Of a stretch of 64,000 nucleotides of DNA, positions 8,490 to 18,444 are shown piece by piece. The first letter of the stretch is position 1. The number at the start of each line of letters is the position of its first letter. This DNA is from a virus. Its lineage: Duplodnaviria > Caudoviricetes. The DNA lies in the IMG/VR virus record IMGVR_UViG_2791354790_000006, positions 1 through 64,000 of that record, one strand, 5' to 3'. The position numbers were made by a program, and so were the translations under genes. The notes beneath the pieces were generated by a model. It made no database searches. It was not told where the DNA came from and was given only the letters and a program-made list of their open reading frames with translations.

Positions 8490-9293
8490 CTACCTCCCAT
8501 AAAGTGATTTCACCGCGTCGACTGTCGCCTTCCAAGTAGATTTCGATTGGCCGGTTTTCCTGGAGTTATCTGCCGGGGTCTGCGCCCCCTTATTCGCAAC
8601 GCCCGCCGTTTTTGATTTAGCAGCTACCGAGGGGGATTTGAAGTGCTGCTCTATCGGTGCGGTAGTCAGTTGCGTGAAGGTGATTTTTGTAAAACTGGCT
8701 TCAAACTTAGTTTCCATCGTCTGATTGTCAGTGCTAATAAGCAGCCCATTTAATGCCATATTTTCATGGGTGCGATAATCCACCTCCACGGAAATAAGCT
8801 GCTTTCCGTAGTACACACCCTCAATAAAATCGAGGAATTGCTCTCTGATACCTTTTGCGCCACCAGTAGACGGGTTGCCCACCAGACCAAACAGGTCGGC
8901 GCCTTTATCGGCCAGTCGTTTTGCCTTTAAGACAGCCTGCTCTGCGCGGTCGGCAATCTCATTCATTTTCTGCAACTGCTGCTGCGTCTTTGCGGGGATG
9001 TACTCCAGCACCTCGCCATACTTCGAATAATCTGGCATCAGGCTAAAAGAAGAGTTTGGTTTCGCATCGACATAGATATCGGCAACAACACCGCTGATTT
9101 TTATCGTCAGCGGGCCATTGATAATATCGTCAGACGCGTTACTGCCATCCTCCAGCACGTCTACAGGAACCTGAGACGGGTATTCAGTAGCATCGCTCAC
9201 TCGGGCAAACATTGAGAACCCGCCGATCCCTACCTTTTTAACAGTATCTTTGCCCGAGGATTGCGCCTGCATGAGGCCGTCTAGAATTCCCAT
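8490..9293 (-). CDS. Phage baseplate/tail tube initiator (Dit-like) protein
   Basis: LEDGSNASDDII..PLTIKISG motif; directly after tape measure. Confidence 0.7.
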   Translation of the reverse strand: MGILDGLMQAQSSGKDTVKKVGIGGFSMFARVSDATEYPSQVPVDVLEDGSNASDDIINGPLTIKISGVVADIYVDAKPNSSFSLMPDYSKYGEVLEYIPAKTQQQLQKMNEIADRAEQAVLKAKRLADKGADLFGLVGNPSTGGAKGIREQFLDFIEGVYYGKQLISVEVDYRTHENMALNGLLISTDNQTMETKFEASFTKITFTQLTTAPIEQHFKSPSVAAKSKTAGVANKGAQTPADNSRKTGQSKSTWKATVDAVKSLYGR

Positions 9294-11089
9294 TATTTCC
9301 CATTCCTCGAAAACATTCGTTTGGCGTCTTTTTGTTGTTGCTGTGTACTATCAGCAACAGCGTTACCTGCCGCAACAGCATCAGGTGCAGTAACATAAAT
9401 CTGCTGATTTGAACTGTATGAATTGTTGTAGGCAGCCCCGCCACCAGCGATCCCCACTGCCGCATTCATGCCGTATGGGATCCCACCCGGCCCGATACCA
9501 CCGTTACCGCCGCCGGTTACACCCTGTTGCTGTTCATCCTCACCAAACCCGAAGAATGATTTCGTTGCGTTCCAGGCGTTTGAAGCAGCGTTGCTGATAA
9601 TATTGCTGATGTATTCCCCCAGCCCAGCAAAGATGTTTTTCGCCCAGTCAATAAAAGCCGTGAATGGTTTTTTCATCAGTTCGACGCCGTTATCGAAGAT
9701 TTTTACCACATCCCCCCATGCACCTTCAAAATCGCCAGTGACTAACTTCCATAGTGCTGAGAACATCAGCTTCGTGTTTTCGATGGCAGTAGTGAATACA
9801 TCAACGACAAACGAGCCGGCATCGCCAAACACGTATTTAATCGCATCACCAACGACACCAAATGCACCAGTGATAAACGCTATAAGAGAATCAAAGACAT
9901 TCTGCGCATCCTTCATCGCATCCTGAAAATCACCCGTAAACGCACCTGTGATGAGATGCCACACCATCCTGAACATAGAGGCAATCGCATCAGCAAGCGG
10001 TTTAAACACGCTAATGGCGTAGTTTATGAAGGCCATGAGCGACGCTTTCGCCTCTTTCAGTGCGGGAACAATATCTATTCCCCAGTTATCTTTGAAGAAA
10101 TCAGCAATAACACTTTGGCCTCCCTGCATTGCCACCACAAGGTCGTCGATAACAAGCAAGATCCCAACGATTGCTGCAGTGATCAGGAGCACGGGGGAGA
10201 AAATAGTGGAGAGCACCGTTCGCAGCCCGATAGCCGCGATTTTCCATATCACAAACCCGGCTGTTGCCAATCCAATGAGAGGCAATAGGCGTCGTATCAT
10301 GCCCGCCACTGAAAAAATTATTTCGCCTAAATGATGCAGGCCGTTCTTTATCAGGTCGGAGTTTGTGTGAAGCCACTCCCTCATGCCGTCAATGACCTCC
10401 TTCAGTATGGGAAGAAAACCGAGAGCTACCTGCGTGGATACAGAGCTATAGCCCATCCGAAGATCTTTAAGAGAGTTATTAAACTCGGCGGCGGCATCAG
10501 CTTGCTCCGTGGTCACAACTCCCCAGTCACGGGCCTGTTTGAGTGATTTATCCAGTTCTTCACGGCTAAGTGAGAGCATCTGCACCATTGAGCGATCAAT
10601 GCCCATTTTATCCAGGACGGAGAACTTTTCCGCCTGACTCATGCTGCGCATTTTATCCGATAGCTCGATGAATGTTTGCGTAGCATCTTTAACATTGCCA
10701 CTGGCGTCCTTGAACTGTAGCCCAAGGCGTTTGCCAATATCCGCCATTTCACCTTCGCCAGTTGAGATAAATTCACCAATTCTCATAGTCATTTCGCCTA
10801 TGGAACTGGTGACTGCCTCCATGCTGGAGCCGTTAAGCTCTGCCACACGGCCAAGCTCCTGCAACCCTTCCACAGAAAGCCCGGTCTCGCGGTGGAACTG
10901 TACAAGCGGATCGAGGCCGTCAATGATAGAAGTAAACCATGCAGCCATCGCCCCCGCCGAGCCCTGGATAGCGGCTCCCATGCCAGCGAGCAAGCCTATG
11001 GAAGCTTTCAGATTCGCATTGAATGTTTCCTGCGGCGCCAGATTACCGATAAAACCGAATTTGGTAATAAGCTCGTTAACTATCGCCAT
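9293..11089 (-). CDS. Tail tape measure protein
   Basis: Probable start MAIVNELITKFGF at 11089; Ala/Gly-rich helical sequence with periodic aromatic repeats. Confidence 0.85.
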   Translation of the reverse strand: MAIVNELITKFGFIGNLAPQETFNANLKASIGLLAGMGAAIQGSAGAMAAWFTSIIDGLDPLVQFHRETGLSVEGLQELGRVAELNGSSMEAVTSSIGEMTMRIGEFISTGEGEMADIGKRLGLQFKDASGNVKDATQTFIELSDKMRSMSQAEKFSVLDKMGIDRSMVQMLSLSREELDKSLKQARDWGVVTTEQADAAAEFNNSLKDLRMGYSSVSTQVALGFLPILKEVIDGMREWLHTNSDLIKNGLHHLGEIIFSVAGMIRRLLPLIGLATAGFVIWKIAAIGLRTVLSTIFSPVLLITAAIVGILLVIDDLVVAMQGGQSVIADFFKDNWGIDIVPALKEAKASLMAFINYAISVFKPLADAIASMFRMVWHLITGAFTGDFQDAMKDAQNVFDSLIAFITGAFGVVGDAIKYVFGDAGSFVVDVFTTAIENTKLMFSALWKLVTGDFEGAWGDVVKIFDNGVELMKKPFTAFIDWAKNIFAGLGEYISNIISNAASNAWNATKSFFGFGEDEQQQGVTGGGNGGIGPGGIPYGMNAAVGIAGGGAAYNNSYSSNQQIYVTAPDAVAAGNAVADSTQQQQKDAKRMFSRNGK

Positions 11090-11242
11090 TCCGCGCCTTC
11101 TCCATCTCGTAGTGTTGAATGTCTGCGCTGATATTCTCGAACTCAAGCATGTCAAACAGATCTGGTGTGTCTAATTTAACTAGTTCGTGATAGGGGCCGT
11201 ATCCGGCCTTTGACAGCGCCAGATACATGCTCATGTCGTCGC
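11076..11242 (-). CDS. Tail assembly chaperone extension (gpT-like), probably reached by -1 frameshift
   Basis: -1 frame relative to 11243..11656 is open from ~11365 to TAA at 11076 (EIYVKASNISDDMSMYLALSKAGYGPYHELVKLDTPDLFDMLEFENI...). Confidence 0.65.
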
Positions 11243-11656
11243 TTATGTTCGAGGCTTTAACGTAAATTTCTGAACGTCTGGAGCTTCTGAACGTGAGTTC
11301 ATATTGCTCCCGCCCATAAAAGGCAGGCTGATAACCTGAAGCGCTGTTGTGATTAGCATGACGTAATCACCAGGGTAGGATTCGAAGTGTTCCGGCTGCT
11401 TGGACAGTTGCACACCGTCAAACAGAACGTAATCGAACATCAGGCGTTCAATTTCCTCGAATCGCTCTGAGTCCAGAAACTCAAGAGACTGCCGCGATAA
11501 CTCAGAGGCAATGCCTGTGAAGAAGGCAAAAACCTTGCGGCGTTTTTTGTGCGTCATCGCTGCAAAGTCGTAGCGGTTGCCGTTAATCTCAGCAAAACCG
11601 TCATCGTAGACCGCCTTGATCATCTCGAGTGCTTTTTTCTGCTGTTCTTTAGACAT
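11243..11656 (-). CDS. Tail assembly chaperone (gpG-like)
   Basis: Between tube and tape measure genes. Confidence 0.7.
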   Translation of the reverse strand: MSKEQQKKALEMIKAVYDDGFAEINGNRYDFAAMTHKKRRKVFAFFTGIASELSRQSLEFLDSERFEEIERLMFDYVLFDGVQLSKQPEHFESYPGDYVMLITTALQVISLPFMGGSNMNSRSEAPDVQKFTLKPRT

Positions 11657-11664
11657 ATCTGGCC

Positions 11665-12096
11665 TTATACGTTACGCACGACATTGCGGTACTCAATGGT
11701 GTATTCCATTAGTGCGTTAACGTCCTGGTTGTTTTTGGTTTGCGTCGGTTGTGTGGTGATAGAACCGGCCTGAAGATCGTAGGTTTCCTTCAGTGCCGCG
11801 CCGTCGCGCACGAACGACTCTTTAACTGAGCCGTTAAAGACAACGGGGATCGCGGCGTTACGCTGCTGGTTAAGCCAGATATCATCGTTAGAAAATTTCT
11901 GGACACGTATCACCATCACATGCACCCCGGCATCAACACGCCCCGAGATTGTGACGCCGTTATTCGCACTATTGGCGCGGCTTGTAAGCGGATTGGATGG
12001 CGTCAGCGTGACGTAGTCCCCCGCAGCGATATCCGTGATGATTCGCCCATTCAGAACGATGGTCGCGGTATCTGTACTGATAACAATCTGAGACAT
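11665..12096 (-). CDS. Tail tube protein
   Basis: 143 aa beta-rich, directly after sheath. Confidence 0.75.
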   Translation of the reverse strand: MSQIVISTDTATIVLNGRIITDIAAGDYVTLTPSNPLTSRANSANNGVTISGRVDAGVHVMVIRVQKFSNDDIWLNQQRNAAIPVVFNGSVKESFVRDGAALKETYDLQAGSITTQPTQTKNNQDVNALMEYTIEYRNVVRNV

Positions 12097-12106
12097 TTAC
12101 CGCTCC

Positions 12107-13609
12107 TTATTTATTGAAATTGATGATGATATCGGCACTGTGAACAGCACCAGCATTCTTCACTGCTACCTGAACAACCGGGGATTTGCGTTCCTGCCTG
12201 TCTGCGGTTGACTGGTCTTTCAGGTCACCGGCCAGCACGTAATACCCGTTTTGCTCGATATTTCGCAGAAACATATCCCGATCCCCGAAGAAGTCAGGCA
12301 GCGTCCAGGTACCCGGATTGAACACCCCAGCCTTCACAAACCCATGCGTGGTTTTCTCTACACAGTCCTCTAACTGATCAACGCCATAATAGGTTTGTGG
12401 GACTTTAGTCGGCGTGGTTTTAAGGAGGTTGAAGGAATCCGTCTGCACTGCGTCAACGTAGGCCATCAGGTTATAGACGTTGTCGACAAAATCATTAGCA
12501 CCGCTCGACAGCACGCAGGGAACGTCTTTAATCGTGGTGTAGATGTCGAGACCTACGCGCTTCGCTTTGTCGATCTCCGTCTGCTCATAACTTTCGGCCG
12601 GCACATTCATCGTTTTGAGGTGCAAAGTGATTGCAGTGCGCTCTCCGTTGAAATTAACGGTATGCGTGCGCGCCATATAGCTGACACCAAATTTCCGGTT
12701 GCCTGCTTTGCTGTAGAGCATGCGGAAATTACTCTGGCTGGCGAGTGTGACCGCCCATGCCGGATTAGACGGATCAACTTCCAGAGCAGCGGAGCCGGTA
12801 AACGTCTCATACACGATTACCGCGTTCGCTTTAGCCCATGAAGCGATCAACGGCACCTGCGCATCGAGAATTTTGTCGATGAAGGCCGCGCCTTTTACGT
12901 TGACCTGCGCTTTGAGTTTGCTGAGAGATTCCAGTTGTGTTTCAGGTGAAATCTCAGTTGATGCGCTACCATTTACCAGCGAAGCGCCGGAACCCTCCGC
13001 AACCGCCAGCAGATCGCCAATAAAAGAGCCACCATCCAGCACTGTCGGATAACCAACAACAGAGTTAGTCCCTGTCGATTTGCTGGTAATCGCTATACGG
13101 CTGCCATCAAAAACAACCGATGCAACATCTGGCGTAATTTTCGCCTGGATTTGGGCGATGACATCTGCCAGTGTCGTCGCCGTCATGCCATTAATTTCGG
13201 TCACATCGTGCTTCGTACCGTCAATCTCAATACTGAATGACCAGTCAGACTTCTCGCGTAACGCTGGCAGTACGACTGCCTGAGAAATCTCACCGCCACG
13301 CAGTACACCGCTGGTCGCAGGCAGCGTTTCCCCGGCAGCGTTCCAGTAACCGACGATCAGCGTGCCGCCCGCGGATACCGGGTTAGGACTGGTCCCGAAA
13401 AACACATTCGCAAAAGCTGCGGTGACCGAAGAAGCCCCCCAGTCCTGTTCGACAGCAGATGCACTTTTGTATGAACGCCAGCGTTCAGCGGTGCTCAATA
13501 CCCCCGTCTGGCTGGTCAGAATTGCGCAGACGTTGATGTTATCGCGCGCCGCCGCCCGCCCCTCTTCGAGAAGCGTCACATTAATGACGTTATTAATTGA
13601 TGCCGACAT
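12107..13609 (-). CDS. Tail sheath protein (DUF3383-like)
   Basis: KVPQTYYG...DRQERKSP...GAVHSADI motifs; 500 aa. Confidence 0.85.
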   Translation of the reverse strand: MSASINNVINVTLLEEGRAAARDNINVCAILTSQTGVLSTAERWRSYKSASAVEQDWGASSVTAAFANVFFGTSPNPVSAGGTLIVGYWNAAGETLPATSGVLRGGEISQAVVLPALREKSDWSFSIEIDGTKHDVTEINGMTATTLADVIAQIQAKITPDVASVVFDGSRIAITSKSTGTNSVVGYPTVLDGGSFIGDLLAVAEGSGASLVNGSASTEISPETQLESLSKLKAQVNVKGAAFIDKILDAQVPLIASWAKANAVIVYETFTGSAALEVDPSNPAWAVTLASQSNFRMLYSKAGNRKFGVSYMARTHTVNFNGERTAITLHLKTMNVPAESYEQTEIDKAKRVGLDIYTTIKDVPCVLSSGANDFVDNVYNLMAYVDAVQTDSFNLLKTTPTKVPQTYYGVDQLEDCVEKTTHGFVKAGVFNPGTWTLPDFFGDRDMFLRNIEQNGYYVLAGDLKDQSTADRQERKSPVVQVAVKNAGAVHSADIIINFNK

Positions 13610-14098
13610 TTACTTGTCCTCTAAAAATTGAAACTGCGGCGTATCGATGCGCAGTGTCTGCACGTCCCGCGCAGGGGCATACTGAACATTGAAACTCAGG
13701 TGAACACGGTTGCCGTGGGACTGTCCCAGAAGTTGCCCCACATCGATGATGTTTGAGACGGCCATGATGGTGAGTGAATGCGTGCGGCGCAGTTCGTTGG
13801 CGTGCTGGCTTTCACTCAGCATCAGGAAGCTTTCAGCATTGACGTAAGCCTTATCCCCGTAAAACTCCAGGGCAATCGCGTGACTCACTGAGGCGCTATA
13901 AGTCATCACTTCAGCGTCACCATTAAAGCGCTGGCCCCGGGCCAGCACTGATTGCGGTAGTGAGCCGTTTACCACGATATAACTGGTGGAAAAGTCGGAC
14001 GCCTGCACGTTCCGGCGGTCGAACTTGATCAGTTGCTCGTCGTAGTCCAGAAGGTCACGCACGAAACGCGCGACCGCTTTCAGATGGGGTTGTGTCAT
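13610..14098 (-). CDS. Tail terminator/neck protein
   Basis: Position upstream of sheath; LEFYG motif. Confidence 0.65.
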   Translation of the reverse strand: MTQPHLKAVARFVRDLLDYDEQLIKFDRRNVQASDFSTSYIVVNGSLPQSVLARGQRFNGDAEVMTYSASVSHAIALEFYGDKAYVNAESFLMLSESQHANELRRTHSLTIMAVSNIIDVGQLLGQSHGNRVHLSFNVQYAPARDVQTLRIDTPQFQFLEDK

Positions 14099-14451
14099 GG
14101 CGTTGGCACCAGTAGCGGGAGCCGGGTTTCCTCAGCTATGACGGCGCAGAATCCATAATCCATGTAATCAGCCGGGGACACGACCTTGTAGTCCTTCCCG
14201 CCCCTCTCGATAAACTGACCGGTTTCAATTTTCAGCCGCGCGTGAATCAGCAGATACTCTTTCGACCAGTCCAGACTATCCAGCGTCAAATTCTCTTTGT
14301 TCGCACTTTGCACCACCGCCAGAATGTCCTGGCTGCTAACAGTCACGGACGGTTCAAAATCGATGGTGGTTTCAGTACGGGTTTTGAGTTTTACAGGCTG
14401 TTCCCAGCCGATTAACGCGTCGCTCATATCAAGGTCTGATAAGTCGCTCAC
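14095..14451 (-). CDS. Head closure/head-tail adaptor protein
   Basis: Size, position, AVVQ and YKVV..DY..YGF pattern. Confidence 0.65.
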   Translation of the reverse strand: MSDLSDLDMSDALIGWEQPVKLKTRTETTIDFEPSVTVSSQDILAVVQSANKENLTLDSLDWSKEYLLIHARLKIETGQFIERGGKDYKVVSPADYMDYGFCAVIAEETRLPLLVPTP

Positions 14452-15020
14452 TTACGAACCTCCCACGTTATGGCACCACGCAGGGCGCCTGTATCAATTA
14501 ACGGCGCAGACGATCCTTTAGCCTTTTTAGTTGCAGCAGTGATATCTGGCCACGTGCCATACCCGGCAGTCTCAAAGGCCTTCACGCTGATATTTCGCGC
14601 CGTCGCGCCTATCAAATTTAATGCGGTGTCAGCATCCATACGCCCGGAGCCTACGGCTTCACAGGCCTTTTCGATTGCCCGGTTAATTTCCGACTTTTTG
14701 AGGGTGAAAGGAGCGCGAAGAAAGGATCGTTCAGGAATCGTTATCTTGTGAGCCGCTGTAAATCCGCTAACCGGACCCATGAAGGTCTTGCGGGTAAACG
14801 TAGCTTTTCCACCGGTTGCCATATACCCCGTCCCGCCAGGGTGATCGATTTCAGCACCGAACTCGTGAACCGCCCCGATCTCAATTATCGATGTTCCGTC
14901 ATCGTGGGTTTTATTTCCCACCTTGCCCGCTGGCAAACCTACGGCGACGTAATGGGTTTTCATCGCCTGAAGGTTCTTCAGATATTCCGTGGTTAGTCTT
15001 AAGGTTTCTTCTGGCGTCAT
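14448..15020 (-). CDS. Neck/virion morphogenesis protein
   Basis: HEFG...IPERSFLR...PLIDTGAL motifs. Confidence 0.75.
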   Translation of the reverse strand: MTPEETLRLTTEYLKNLQAMKTHYVAVGLPAGKVGNKTHDDGTSIIEIGAVHEFGAEIDHPGGTGYMATGGKATFTRKTFMGPVSGFTAAHKITIPERSFLRAPFTLKKSEINRAIEKACEAVGSGRMDADTALNLIGATARNISVKAFETAGYGTWPDITAATKKAKGSSAPLIDTGALRGAITWEVRK

Positions 15021-15035
15021 GAGAAACACTCCGCC

Positions 15036-15118
15036 CTAACGAATCGCCAGCACGTGGACGCCCACCAGCTTACGTAACCTGATGTATTCCTGGCCGTAAG
15101 AACTGGAGGCATAACCAT
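15036..15118 (-). pseudogene. 3' fragment of DUF4054-like head-tail connector gene split by Mu-like insertion
   Basis: Reads YASSSYGQEYIRLRKLVGVHVLAIR-stop, in frame with 47423..47707 once the insertion and one ACCAT copy are removed. Confidence 0.9.
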
Positions 15119-15125
15119 TGACTAG

Positions 15126-15314
15126 TGACAGTGATGTATGGATCAAACGGAGTAACCGGAAACAACCGGGAGTTCGAGGAAACAAACGGGAGGAAACCTT
15201 GAGTGGCAAGGCTTAACGATAGGTAAAGCTAGTCAACTGGTAGAAAACCACCCAATATGACAATTTTAGATCGTTCGACAACAAAGTTAAAAAGGTGTCA
15301 TATATAGTTAGATC
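15126..15314 (+). repeat. Left-end putative transposase binding sites
   Basis: TGACA-N10-GATC at 15126-15144, TGTCA-N10-GATC at 15296-15314, weaker copies near 15254-15294. Confidence 0.7.
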
Positions 15315-15407
15315 GTACTGCCGACTGTTTAATGGGATTTAAATTCGGCTTAAAACGTTATCACATGGAGGTTCAAAACAAAGCCAGCCAATTGGACATT
15401 TCTGTAA

Positions 15408-15899
15408 TCAGCCAGCCTTGTTTTGCGTGCTTACGTTCGACGCTGGGCTATCCTTTTCAATGGAATCACATTGTCCGAAAATCTCTTTCTGTCGGACCGG
15501 ATTTGAATCAGATAACTCAAGCACCGCAGGCATAAGCATCTTTAAGCCACCAGTGATAAATATCTCCATGACAGCTTCACGTTGGGCTTCAGTCATCCCC
15601 TGATAAATCATCATCCAGAGTGCTTGCTTCTCATCATTTGCTAAGCCACTTTTTGTCTTGAAATCCTCAACTCCCATAGATGGCTGTCCTTTGTTGCTAT
15701 ACCCAAGATAATTTTGGGTCCGTGCAGGCAATATCGATATATGGTATTCCGTGGCTTTAGTCCCTCCTCGTTTCCGCCGCACTCCGTCCAACCCTTCTGC
15801 GAGTTTTTCTAACTGCTTACGTACATTGGATACTCCACTTGGGAATCCGGGCATCCCCGCACACTCTTGAGCCGTAAACCAAGTTTGCTCATTCATCAT
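15408..15899 (-). CDS. Mu c-type immunity repressor
   Basis: N-terminal Mu-type HTH similar to the transposase N-terminus (RRKRGGTKATEYHISILP vs RRKRAGTKAFEYHISVLP); divergent from ner. Confidence 0.88.
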   Translation of the reverse strand: MMNEQTWFTAQECAGMPGFPSGVSNVRKQLEKLAEGLDGVRRKRGGTKATEYHISILPARTQNYLGYSNKGQPSMGVEDFKTKSGLANDEKQALWMMIYQGMTEAQREAVMEIFITGGLKMLMPAVLELSDSNPVRQKEIFGQCDSIEKDSPASNVSTQNKAG

Positions 15900-16130
15900 T
15901 ACCTCCTGTTTCCGATTTTTTCTGGCTCACAAAAAATTCGATTCGATTTTTTATGGTGTAAAAACATGCTTTCACAAAAATCAAAGACTTAAATTCGATT
16001 TATTGAGATTTGATTAAACCGACAAAAGACCGACAAAAAGATTGAATTCGATTTTTTGTGTGTTATATTTTTACACGTAAAGGTGAGCAGTTTAGTTCAC
16101 CGCAACGAGTAAATATTTAAGGATCGCAGA
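15900..16130. promoter_or_regulatory. Divergent Pc/Pe operator and enhancer region with IHF site
   Basis: AATCAAAGACTTA (15979-15991) fits WATCAANNNNTTR; repeated TTCGATT and ACCGACAAAA motifs; TTGAAT-N16-TATATT candidate Pe. Confidence 0.7.
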
Positions 16131-16367
16131 ATGATGACCAAAAGCCAAGACTGGCACCCTGAAGACATCAAAGCAGCGATTAGAAAACGCGGAATGACGA
16201 CCAGTCAGTTATCCCGTTGTCATGGGCTAGCGGAATCAACATTACGTAACGTATTCCGTCACCACTGGCCCAAAGGGGAGAAAATTATCGCTGACTTTCT
16301 CAACATGGAGCCATCAGAGATATGGCCTTCGCGTTATCAGAATCTGACTGTTAAAGAGGTTGCATGA
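16131..16367 (+). CDS. ner: Ner/Nlp-family transcriptional regulator
   Basis: DWHPEDIKAAIRKRG...WPKGEKIIA...EIWPSRY. Confidence 0.92.
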   Translation: MMTKSQDWHPEDIKAAIRKRGMTTSQLSRCHGLAESTLRNVFRHHWPKGEKIIADFLNMEPSEIWPSRYQNLTVKEVA

Positions 16368-18349
16368 TGGAGTTTTGGGTATCAGTGAAAGAATGCGTTG
16401 GCGTCTGTGGTTTCCCACAGGCTGAGTCTAATGCACGGAAAAAACTTGAGGATCTGGTTTGCGGTCGCAGTGAGCTACGCCGCAAACGTGCCGGCACCAA
16501 AGCATTTGAATACCACATATCAGTATTGCCACCAGAAGTTCGTGCTGAATTGCTGGCAACTCGTGGTTTGATTGAAACCTCATCCGGACTCATTACTTTG
16601 CCGCAAGAGCCTGAACGTGTGGCTGCTGACGACCTTGATCGTCAGCGTCTCTGGTCAGCCTGGGAGAAAGCAACAGGCGAACAGCGACTGCATGCAGAGC
16701 GTCGCACGAAAGCTGCCGCGCTGGTGGCTGAGCTGATGGCATCAGGTGTTGGCAACCGCAAAGCTATTACCCTTGCTGCCAAGCAACTGCAAATCAGTGA
16801 AGGAACGCTGCGCAATCTGTACTACAAAGTGAAGGACTTCAGCCCTGACCTCTGGGGACCGGTACTGCTCGATCGCCGCGTCCGCGAAAAACGCGTGACA
16901 GGACGTTCGGCTGAAATCTCTGATGATGCCTGGCAATTCTTCCTGGGCGATTATCTGCGCAACGAAGCCCCGTTTTTCTCCAAATGCTATGAACGGCTCG
17001 AAATCGCAGCAGAAACACATGGCTGGACCATACCGGCTGAACGTACCCTGCGTCGTAAGCTGGAACGTGAAGTTGATCCGCGCATTGTCGTTGCCACCCG
17101 TGAAGGTGAAAACGCCCTGGCACAGATGCACCCATCACAACAGCGCACCGTCGCGCAGTTGCATGCAATGGAATGGATTAACGGTGACGGTTATCAGCAC
17201 AACGTGTTTGTCCGCTGGTTTAACGGTGAAATCATCCGTCCTAAAACATGGTTCTGGCAGGACGTCCACAGCCGCAAAATTGTCGGCTGGCGGGCTGATG
17301 TATCAGAAAACAGCGACAGTATCCGCCTGTCACTCATGGATACGCTGAAAACCTACGGGAAACCACAACACATCACGATAGACAACACCCGTGCAGCGGC
17401 GAACAAATGGTTGTCTGGTGGCGTTCCTAACCGCTATCGGTTCAAAGTCCGTGAAGATGACCCGATGGGGATCATTCCTCTGCTGGGTATCAAACTGCAC
17501 TGGACTGGCGTTATCGGTGGTAAAGGCTGGGGCCAGGCTAAACCCGTAGAACGTGCCTTTGGTGTGGGTGGTCTGGGTGAGTACATAGATAAACACCCCG
17601 CACTGGCTGGCGCATTTGCCGGTGAAAACGTCAGTTCCAAACCGGAGAACTACGGCAGCCGCGCCGTTGATGTTGAGACGTTTATGGAAATTATCAGTGA
17701 AGGTGTCGCCATGTTTAACAGGAAGACCCAGCGTAAAACGGAAATGTGCCGGGGTGAACTGTCCTTTGATCAGGCTTTCGAACAAAGCTACAGCCAGGCT
17801 GTGATCACCCGTTTAACTGAAGAACAAATCCGCCAGTTCATGCTGCCGGCAGAGTCGGTTCGCGTGAAACCGACCGGAGAATTCACGATGGAAAGCGGCG
17901 GCTCCCTGTTTGGCCGCAAGAACACCTACTGGAGTGAGCAACTTGTCAGCCATCGCTCCCGCAAAATTACAGTCCGTTTTGATCCGCGCAACCTTCACAG
18001 TGAAGTGGCCTGTTACGACCTTGATGGCCGATTCCTCTGTATGGCGGAATGTCGCGCCGCAGTGGCGTTTGGTGATACCGAGGCTGGTCGTGAACACAAC
18101 CGCGCCCGTCGCGAAATGATGCGCAGCACGAAGAAAGCAGCGAAGGCACTAAACCGCATGACAGCGATCGAAGTTAATGACCTGCTACCGAAGACAGAAC
18201 ATGCAGAGTTACCGGAACGTCATGTTGTTGAGCGCGTATTCAATATGGGTAATACCGTCAGACGTGTGCAGGAAATGCAGGACACGCAAACCGAGAATGA
18301 CGTGATTTTTCAGACATTCGTTAATAAAGCAAAGCAGTCGCAGAAATAA
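16364..18349 (+). CDS. MuA-type DDE transposase
   Basis: WINGDGY, IDNTRAAANKW and GQAKPVERAFG catalytic motifs; 661 aa. Confidence 0.95.
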   Translation: MMEFWVSVKECVGVCGFPQAESNARKKLEDLVCGRSELRRKRAGTKAFEYHISVLPPEVRAELLATRGLIETSSGLITLPQEPERVAADDLDRQRLWSAWEKATGEQRLHAERRTKAAALVAELMASGVGNRKAITLAAKQLQISEGTLRNLYYKVKDFSPDLWGPVLLDRRVREKRVTGRSAEISDDAWQFFLGDYLRNEAPFFSKCYERLEIAAETHGWTIPAERTLRRKLEREVDPRIVVATREGENALAQMHPSQQRTVAQLHAMEWINGDGYQHNVFVRWFNGEIIRPKTWFWQDVHSRKIVGWRADVSENSDSIRLSLMDTLKTYGKPQHITIDNTRAAANKWLSGGVPNRYRFKVREDDPMGIIPLLGIKLHWTGVIGGKGWGQAKPVERAFGVGGLGEYIDKHPALAGAFAGENVSSKPENYGSRAVDVETFMEIISEGVAMFNRKTQRKTEMCRGELSFDQAFEQSYSQAVITRLTEEQIRQFMLPAESVRVKPTGEFTMESGGSLFGRKNTYWSEQLVSHRSRKITVRFDPRNLHSEVACYDLDGRFLCMAECRAAVAFGDTEAGREHNRARREMMRSTKKAAKALNRMTAIEVNDLLPKTEHAELPERHVVERVFNMGNTVRRVQEMQDTQTENDVIFQTFVNKAKQSQK

Positions 18350-18444
18350 AAAAAGCGACGTTGCGAGCGCCGCTTTGAATTAAGTGAATCAGTTTTAACA
18401 CCTGATTAAGTACAGGCCATTCGAAAAATACAGGATTAATAATC

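Noticed and set aside
15150-16060. Short repeats as a possible CRISPR or mini-array
   Set aside because: Only 2-4 copies, irregular spacing, no cas genes; explained by Mu end and operator sites
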